Origin: the human T2T-CHM13v2.0 reference genome, Homo sapiens
Direction: 5' to 3' (one strand)
Assembly (NCBI RefSeq): GCF_009914755.1
Contig: NC_060936.1
Length of the DNA: 64,000 bases
Part shown: positions 55,501 through 64,000 of the stretch, one piece after another
Numbering within the stretch: position 1 is the stretch's first letter
How the letters are laid out: each line of letters begins with the position of its first letter
Notes under the pieces: model-generated
Seen by the model: only the letters and a program-made list of their open reading frames with translations
Told to the model about the DNA's origin: nothing
The model's database searches: none
Translations under genes and position numbers: made by a program

Positions 55501-55935
55501 TTACTATTTCCTTACTGGGAGCATTTTGTCATCCTTTGTGCTTAAAGGGTACTTTCTATCTGGAAACTCATTTCCTCCATTCTGGGAAAGTTTCTTGAAT
55601 TATTTCTTTTATAATTTTCCCTCCATTTCCTATTTTTATTTTTCTGTACTTCTGCTTTTCCTTCATTTCTGCTCCAATAACTGTAATTAACAATAGCCTT
55701 TTGATGATATTTGAGTATTTCTTTTTATAACAAACTGTTCTTATTTCAAAGCCACAGTATCCTGTCTTGTTTTTGAGGAAACGAATGGTACTATTTTTGA
55801 AATTATTTTTTCTTTGCATTTTTTTCATCTTTCTGTTTCTTTTCCCCCATTAGTATGTTTAAATTACTGTCTTTCTTGTTGAGGTTTTCCTGAAATGTCT
55901 GGTGATTCTTGGATGTCCATTCTTATTTGAGAGGA

Positions 55936-56053
55936 CAGAGTTGCCAGACAAGATAGGGAACAGTCATTTGAATCTGAATTTCAGATAAACAATGAATACA
56001 TTTTTAATATGTCCCAAAGACCGCATTTTTATTTGCTAAATCTGGCAACCCCA
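55936..56053. mobile_element. MER53 (hAT MITE), internally deleted
   Basis: TIRs CAGAGTTGCCAGA / TCTGGCAACCCCA, TGAATTTCAGATAAACAATGAATA, 8-bp TSD-like TGAGAGGA / AGAGAGGG. Confidence 0.8.
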
Positions 56054-57265
56054 AGAGAGGGGCAAGAAGCAGCTGAAGAAACGTCTGTGTGCATGGATAG
56101 GACTTGTTGACTACTGGGTGTTACTAAGATGATCTGGCTGGGCTGTTTCACTAGAGGATCCCTGACCATTAGCATCTTTAGGTTTTCACTGAGCACTTAG
56201 AGCAGAATCATTCAGTCTTTAGGCTGTCAGTTTTCTGGGAGCCAAAGTAGACCAGGAGGTTGGGATTCTCACCATTCAGAATGTACCCCTTTAGTAATTC
56301 TCCTTGTTTTCCGTGGGGGTGCTCCTGCCCTGAGTAGTGCCTGCCATCCCTTGTCTAGATCTTTCTGAAACATGTTCTCCAGAGAGTAAGTCTTCAGTCT
56401 CCTGCCAGGAGGGTGAAGAAACTGCTTCTCAAACAATTAACAAATTCTGTATCTGCCTCACCTGCATCCCCACTTTCATATGTACTTCTTGCTTCCAATT
56501 TCTGAGCCTTTCCAGGGTTTTGCAATGCAAAGCAGGTTGCTTCTGGGTTTCACCCACTGTCAACTTAAATTTCAGCCTTCATGGTTCGGCTAAGCCAGTT
56601 ACCCCTCTACCATCTGCTTTCCATCTTCCAAAATGTTGTTGTTGTTGTTTTCCTCCTAATTCTTTTTGTCTTTATGAGTGAATGTCTTTAAAATCAGTCC
56701 CTTTACTGTCTTTTTAGTGAGCTTGGGGGATGGAATGTAATGTATAGCATATGTTAAATCTGCCATCTTCAACTAGAAGCACAGTCATGAATTTTCAAAG
56801 TGACTACAGAAGAGCCATTTAATTCCTCTTTTCTCAATTTTCTTTTGTAAAATGAGATGGCTAAGGGAGATGGGCTTCGATAAACCCCACTCAAAAATTT
56901 TATGATTGTATAATCTCCTGCACTATTAACAGACCATCCAGTAACAACATTCTAAACCTTCCAAACAAATTACGTTTTTAGTCTTTTAAGGAAGAGATAA
57001 AGCCGTGGTCTACATTTTCATCAATATTAAGGACCTTCAGCAAGGACTTCTCTGAAGCTTGTTTTCTCTCCAAATGGGGAACTAATATGAACTTCCATTA
57101 ATATAAACTTCCATCATAAGCCTGCTGTGATTAGCAGATGAGTTAACCCATGGGAAAGTACTTCACATATGGACATTTGCTATGCAAGTATTAATTGATG
57201 TAGTTGTTCTTTGGAGTATGCATCTTCTCAGCACAATAATTCTTGGTCTTTTTAAAGTCTTCTGA

Positions 57266-57608
<343 letters not shown>

Positions 57609-57719
57609 AATCACCTAGACTTATTATAATTAGAGTTACTAGTCCCTTCAGGTTACCAGTGAATTTTTTTCTATAAAGCACCGAGGCTTCAAAGACATTA
57701 GCAATACTAGTAAAGGAAT

Positions 57720-57970
57720 TACTCTTAATTGAAAAACACTAATGTATCAGATAATCTGCTAAATTCTTTATATACATTTCCTCTAATCTTTACAAACATC
57801 CTCCTAGGTAAGTCATATTTAACCCATTTTACAGATAAGGATATTGAGGCTCATAGAAGTTAAGTGATTTCGTCAAGTTCACTCACTCAGTAAATAGTAG
57901 AGTTGGGATTCAAACCAGGTCTTTCTGGCACCAAAACCCATGTATACTTTTTGCTTTTATGCCATAATGC
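57720..57970 (-). mobile_element. MIR
   Basis: CCCATTTTACAGATAAGGATATTGAGGCTCATAGAAGTTAAGTGATTT...GGGATTCAAACCAGGTCT. Confidence 0.85.
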
Positions 57971-58240
57971 TTTCTTAACTCTTTAGAAAACACTAATATC
58001 ACTTAAAACATTGAAGGCAGAATGAGCTTGGTGTGATTAGCAATCCTTTGTTTCCTTTCCAGTATTCAATTCTGACATTCCCAAAAGAGATTCTGAGTTC
58101 TGTAAGCGTCTGTTGGTCACACTCTATCAAGCCCCCTTCTTTGCTCCTGCTGTTTTTCTTCTTTAAATACCATTTCTCCCTTTCTCTGTCCAGTGACTGT
58201 CTACCCATCCTGTGGGGCTCCATCAGGGTACAATTTCTTT

Positions 58241-58614
<374 letters not shown>

Positions 58615-58946
58615 TAGTTTGTACCATATAAAATTGCCTCTATGTAACCATTTTTGACCTACAAATCTGGCAATTTTATATCATTTAGCCAAATATCTCC
58701 TTATCCCATTGTATTACATTTTGGGTTGGCATGTGTCTATCCTCTCTCCATTCCACCCCCCAGAATGTAAGCTCCATGACAGTTAACAGTAAGAGCTGAC
58801 TTTCTGTGTGCTTCCTAGGAGGCCAGGACTGTTCTACACACTTGAAGTAAATTAACTCTTTTAATTCTTAGAGCAATGGTGTAATGATGATACTTTTCTA
58901 TGCATAGTACCACTAGATAAGTGAGGAAGCTGAGGCACACAGAAGC

Positions 58947-59522
58947 TGTATTTGTCAAGGTTCTCCAGAAGGACAGAACTAGTCAGATATATGTCTATAT
59001 TAAAGGGAGTTTATTAGGGAGAATTGGCTCACACAGTCAAAGGTGAAGTTCCACACAATAGCCACCTGCAAGCTGAGGAAGAAAGAAGCCAGTAGTGGCT
59101 CAGTTTGAGTTCAAAAGCCTCAAAAGCAGGAAAGCCTACAGTGCAACCTTCAGTCTGTGGCAAGGCCTGAGAGCCCCAGCAAACCACTGGTGTAAGTAGT
59201 CCAAGGGTCCAAAGGCCAAAAAACCTGGAGTCTGATGTCCAAGAGCAAGAGGAACAGATGGAAGCATCCAGCACAGGAGAAAGATGAAAGCCAGAAGACC
59301 CAGCAAGACAGCTTATCCCACCTCCTTCCACCTGCTTTATTCTAGCCACGCTGGCAGCTGATTGGGTGGTGCCCACTCACATTGAGGGTGGGTCCAGTCC
59401 ACTGACTCACATGTCAATCTCCTCTGGCAACATTCTCACAGACGCACCCAGAAACAACACCTTACCGGCTATCTAGACATCCTGCAATCCAATCAAGCTG
59501 ACACCCAGTATTAATCATCACA
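58947..59522 (-). mobile_element. MLT2A2-like solo LTR inserted in a MIR (MIR ~58785-58946 and 59523-59620)
   Basis: TGTATTTGTCAAGGTTCTCCAGAAGGACAGAAC...GGAAGCATCCAGCACAGGAGAAAGATG...CAATCCAATCAAGCTGACAC...TATTAATCATCACA. TSD GAAGC/GAATC. Confidence 0.88.
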
Positions 59523-59739
59523 GAATCTAAGTAACTTGCCCAGCCTCACAAAACTTGACAGAGCTTGGATTTGAGCCTAGGTTATCTGTCTTTAAGGTCC
59601 AGAGACTTAACCATTTCTCTAAAATCCTTCTATTACTATTCTGTCTGGTTGTGTTTTGTTCACCACTGTATTCCCAGGGCTAGCACAAGGCTAGGGACCT
59701 ACTAGGTGCTTAGTAAAGAGGTGAATTAAATGATTTTGT

Positions 59740-60110
59740 ACCAGTCACATTTACTGAGCACCTACTCTGTGCTCCCAGATGTTGTGGTGGTAGGCACCAA
59801 GAAAAATAAGGCCCAGTCCCCACCTTTATGGAGATGGTGGCCAAGCAGGGGCCCCTGGAAACAGTGTAGCATTTACATTGAGGAGGCTGAACGTCAGAGG
59901 TGAGGAGAACTATGGATGGCCTGTTGTGTACCTGGAGGTAGAACAGGTGATGGAGAAGTCCTGAGAAAGAGAAGGGTAGAATTATCCATGTGAAGGAGGG
60001 TCCAGGTTCAATGCAGATGTGTTCTAGACAGATGGAGCAGCTTATGCAAAGGCCCTGAGTTGGGGCAGGGTAGGGGGAGAATGGCAAAGCAGGGGTGGGA
60101 GTTCAGAGAA
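59740..60110 (-). mobile_element. L2 fragment
   Basis: CATTTACTGAGCACCTACTCTGTGC...GTGTTCTAGACAGATGGAGCAGCTTATGCAAAGGCCCTGAG. Confidence 0.6.
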
Positions 60111-60134
60111 TGTAGAACTGGGGCCGCTGGGCCC

Positions 60135-60340
60135 TAGGGCCTAGATTACAACTTCAGCTGTATCATTTATCTCCTTAGTGACTTTGGGTAGATTTCTTAC
60201 CTCCTTATGCCTCAGTTTCCTCTTCTGTAAAATGGATATAATAACAGTACCTGTCTGGTGAGATTCAAAGGAAGCATTGCCTTACTTATACTCAAAGTAT
60301 ACAGAATAGTGTCTGGTTCATAGAAAATGCTCTAACATAA
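60135..60340 (+). mobile_element. MIR
   Basis: GTGACTTTGGGTAGATTTCTTACCTC...GCCTCAGTTTCCTCTTCTGTAAAATGG. Confidence 0.8.
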
Positions 60341-60430
60341 TTCTTAAGGAATTAAATTTCCTGAGTGTGTAGAAGTTCATGAAAGAAAATATTCGCTTCA
60401 GGAGAGTTAGAAATTTGCGATTAGGGCTTC

Positions 60431-60836
60431 TGTATTAGTCCGTTCTTGCACTGCTATAAAGAAATACCTGGGACTGGGTAATTTATAAGAAAAGAGGTTT
60501 AATTGGCTCACAGTTCTGCAGGCTGTACAGGAAACATAGTGGCTTCTCTTTCTCGGGAGGCCTCAGGAAGCTTACAATCATGGCGGAAGGCAAAGGGGAG
60601 CAAGGCATCTCACATGTCAGGAGCAGGAGCAAAAGAGAGGGAGCGGGGTGGTGCTGCACACTTTTCAACAACCAGATCTTATGAAAACTCACTCATTGTC
60701 ACATGGACAGTACCAAGAAGATGCTGCTAAACTATTTATGAAAAATCTGCCCCCATGATCTAATCACCTCCCACCAGCCCCCACCTCCAACATTAGGGAT
60801 TGCAATTTGGTGGGGACAAAGATCCAAACCATATCA
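60431..60836 (-). mobile_element. MSTA solo LTR
   Basis: TGTATTAGTCCGTTCTTGCACTGCTATAAAGAAATACCTG...CCAAACCATATCA. Perfect TSD GCTTC. Confidence 0.93.
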
Positions 60837-60869
60837 GCTTCAAACTGCGTTCTCATAATTATAAAGTAA

Positions 60870-61090
60870 TTGGAATAATAGCCACCATGTATTGTGTGCT
60901 TAATAGGTATTCCATGGCATGCTAACCTCAAAACAACCTTGGGAAGAAGGTACTACTGTCTCCATTTTATACATGAGTATGTGAGGCACAGGGAGGTTAA
61001 ATCATAGTCTCACAATTAGCAAATACATAGAAGACAGGTTTTAATTCAGACATTGGCCTTCTGAGTCCTTGTGCTGAGCTACTTTGCCAC
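60870..61090 (-). mobile_element. MIR
   Basis: TCTCCATTTTATACATGAGTATGTGAGGCACAGGGAGGTTAAAT. Confidence 0.7.
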
Positions 61091-61127
61091 AATGATTTTC
61101 TGGTTTGCAATTTTAAAATGAGAGTCA

Positions 61128-61418
61128 AGTTGGATGCAGTGGCTCATGCCTGTAATCCCCAGTGGTTTGGGAGGCCAATGCGGGAGGATTACCTTGAGGC
61201 CAGGAGTTTGAAACCAGCCTGAGCAACAGCAAGATCCTGCCTTACAAAAAATTTTAAAAATTAGCTGGGTGTGTTGATGGTCACTGCCATGGTGATGATT
61301 ACTCGGGCCCAGGAGTTCAAGGCTGCAATGAGCTATATAGTGCCACTGCACTCCAGCCTGGGAAACAGAGCAAGACCCTGTCTCTAAAATAAATAAATAT
61401 ATAAATAAACAAACAAAC
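61128..61418 (+). mobile_element. AluJ
   Basis: GGAGTTCAAGGCTGCAATGAGCTAT and CAAGACCCTGTCTCT diagnostics. TSD AAAATGAGAGTCA / AAAATCAGAGTGA. Confidence 0.92.
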
Positions 61419-61899
61419 AAAATCAGAGTGAGATGGTAGGGCCCTAAATCAGTCTTGGTTTAATGGAACTATTTGAAAAGTAACGAACAAAAAAAGTATA
61501 AAGGAATGAATAAATGTTCCTATGACATATGCTTGTTGGTTTCCATCACTTTGGGCTTCTTTCAATTGATTGATAATAACTCCATTCCCTTGAGAAAAAT
61601 CAGTAAGAGTTTACATACAGCTACAGGTCACTCTTTTGGGCCAAATGTTTAAGAAATAATCAGTGGAGTTTTCTTCCTTCTTTGTTTTTCATCTTCTCTT
61701 AAAATTTTAAACTAAGCAAAAGATTTCATCTAAGTTTTCAGTCTGATGTCTTCAAAATAAAACATTTTAAGAGGAAAAAACCCGTAAACATGTCACTGGT
61801 AGAATTATGCATAATTTTAGAAAGGAAGCAGTAGGGTGCAGTGTTAGAACTAAAGATTTTAGAAGACCAGAATGTTAAGCCTGTATGAGACTTTAAAGA

Positions 61900-62105
61900 T
61901 CATCTGGTAATGAAAGAGTTAAGGTAAAGGACCTGCTCTTGAAACTTGTGATCTTGGGTAAGTTATTTAACTTATCTGAACACCAGATTCCTGTCTCTTA
62001 AGTGGGGATAATAATAATACTTGCCATGAAGGTTATAACATGAAGAGTAAATGCGTTCATTCATGAAAACCGCTTCCTACGATGCCTGGCAGTCAGTGTG
62101 CAAAG
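61900..62105 (+). mobile_element. MIR
   Basis: TGTGATCTTGGGTAAGTTATTTAACTTATCTGAACACCAGATTCCTGTC. Confidence 0.7.
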
Positions 62106-62549
62106 TTACTTTCCCAAGGTCATCCATGTAGTTAATGTCAGAAAACAGAATTTTTCACTCCTAATCCTGTTTTCCAGGCAAGTATGTTTTTTTTAACAGC
62201 AGATTATTATGAACATTCTCAACATAATTGATACTTGAGTCTCATTGTGTGTGTTTGCTTCTAGTAACTATATCGATTCACGTTTGTTTTCTATTCTTTT
62301 TCCCTTCTGATATTATGATATTAATTCTTCATGTAGACAGCCTTTTCATAAATTTCTGAGCAATAATATTAGTCCTAGGTTAAAGCCAGACAGCTGAATT
62401 TATGGTATGTATCCCTTAAAAATTATTGTTATCTCAAACAACTTTACAGGAAAAAAAGCATCAATTGATGTTAAACCTCAAATATGCGTTTGTTTTTAGC
62501 TGAAAATTCCAAGCAGAATTACCCAAGTATTGAAAATCTTCAGAAAGAG

Positions 62550-62684
62550 CTGTAAGTTGATGGATATCTCAATTACCCTGATTTGATCTTTACTCATTAT
62601 ATAAATGTATCAAATTATCATGTTTCCCCCCACATATGTATACATATTATGTGTGAATAAAAAAATTAAAAAAGAAAAAAGAAA
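62550..62684 (+). mobile_element. L1MA 3' terminal fragment
   Basis: GATGGATATCTCAATTACCCTGATTTGATCTTTAC...GTATCAAATTATCATG... followed by poly-A. Confidence 0.75.
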
Positions 62685-63779
62685 TAGCATTAGTTAGTAT
62701 TAGACAGTGTCAATAAGGCAAGAAATTTAAAAATGATCTAATTACAAGACTTAACATCTAGAAACCTTTTGTTTTTTGAAATTAAACCAAGATATAAAGA
62801 CACAGAATCAAGTTATCCAGAATGTGCAGAGTCAGAAATGGAGGACATCTTGTCTCTAGTTCATTTTATATTTTTAGGCAGTGGTTAATCAGTGAAATTT
62901 TGTCATGGGTTGGGGAGATCTCACCATTTCTCTTATCATTTTCTTCTAGCCATGCTTCACTCTGGGGTTTAGGGGAGATTCATAGTGGAGGGAATAAGGA
63001 CTAGGACCTAACTGTATTCTGAGAAAAAGTATGTAATTTGAAGAGGTCATCAGGAAATCATTTCCCAAGCAGGGCACTTGTCTTTGAAATCCTTTCTCAC
63101 TCCAGATCTAACAAAGCCCTAGTTCATTGTACCTCAAAGGATGATCTTAAGCAGCTGGTTTGGGCTGGCCAGCTTTGATGGCTGGAGCATTTGAACTGCA
63201 GAGGTTGGGGGTGTCGGGGGTAGGGGGTGGTTAAAATGGTTTATTTCCGTTTAATTGTTTGTATTATCTGTCCAGGATTCCTCTTAAGGAAGAATGGGCT
63301 TCATCCTGTGGGAAATGAACATCTCTCTGTGAATATTATGGGGGCTTAGACAAAATAAAATCACTTTTAAGAGCCCAATTTGATGTTCTGGTAAATTAGT
63401 TCATTTAATCACTTGGTGCTTCTGTGATGGATTTAGTGTGGGCAAGGGGTATCCGCACTTTCACATCCCTGTCCCTTTAAATTCCTACAATCTGGAAGGC
63501 CCCTTCACACTTTCAGTTTGCTGAATCCTGCTCTTTCTTCAAAGATTCCCCAATAACCTTCCCAAATCATTTACCTTCAAAATTAAAAGGACAAGATTTT
63601 ACATTCCTCTGGTGTCCTGGGAGAGGGGCAGAGGAATTAGTATTCTCTGGACTTGGCTTCATCTTGGAGAAGAGAGTTGAAAGTAAATCATGGGATGGAA
63701 TTTGATAATTTTAGCTTTGTCTTCAAGAAGAAGGATTAATTTTCTTCCCTAATATATTCCTTCTTGTCTGGGCTGAAGC

Positions 63780-63930
63780 ATTGCTGAATTTGATCTCACT
63801 AGATTCCTCTATTAGAATATAAGTTCCATGTGGATGAGGATTTGTCTAGTTACAACTATATCCTGAGTGCCTAAGACAGTATCCAGCATATGGTGGGTTC
63901 TCATTCATTTAAATAAATAAATGAATGACC
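63780..63930 (+). mobile_element. L2 3' end
   Basis: TAGAATATAAGTTCCATG...AGTGCCTAAGACAGT...AATAAATAAATGAATGA. Confidence 0.65.
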
Positions 63931-63933
63931 CAA

Positions 63934-64000
63934 TGTGTCAGTCAAGGTAACCTGGGTTGTGCTGCAGTAAACACAACCTCTAAATCTGAGTGGTCTATCT
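63934..64000 (-). mobile_element. MLT1-type LTR end, truncated by window end
   Basis: TGTGTCAGTCAAGGTAACCTGGGTTGTGCTGCAGTAAAC...AAATCTGAGTGG. Confidence 0.55.

Larger units (their letters stand above)
55210..56780 (-). mobile_element. HAL1-like (half-L1) element
   Basis: Minus strand starts CTTCTAGTTGAAGATGGCAGATTTAACATATGC. ORF 55568-55828 ends KIIKEIIQETFPE, an L1 ORF1-like motif. Confidence 0.65.

Overview
Eukaryotic DNA from a catarrhine primate, human-like (AluJ/S/Y, HERV-K(HML-3), THE1, MST, L1MA, L2, MIR). It reads as intergenic or deep-intronic sequence, and most of it is transposable-element debris. I see no intact cellular protein-coding gene, tRNA/rRNA gene or CRISPR array. The long ORFs in the track are retroviral or L1 pseudogene fragments, antisense shadows of them, or low-complexity artefacts. 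Main structures: (1) a 15-kb nested retroviral complex at 4434-19423, in which a two-LTR ERV-L provirus (TSD ATGTG) hosts a THE1D solo LTR, a truncated THE1B element and, inside its 3' LTR, an antisense two-LTR HERV-K(HML-3) provirus (TSD GTATAT); (2) a dense multi-level LTR/DNA-transposon nest at 22-30 kb; (3) an apparently full-length L1MA at ~44.6-52.5 kb; (4) a HAL1-like element at ~55.2-56.8 kb. The least explained signals are a 202-bp foldback-like inverted-plus-tandem 35-bp repeat (36447-36648), a perfect 14/28-bp duplication inside an old L1 (28633-28712), and candidate + strand exons beside a G-quadruplex (41282-42072). Family names come from recalled consensus sequences and need Dfam/RepeatMasker confirmation. 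I cannot support a claim of a new biological system.
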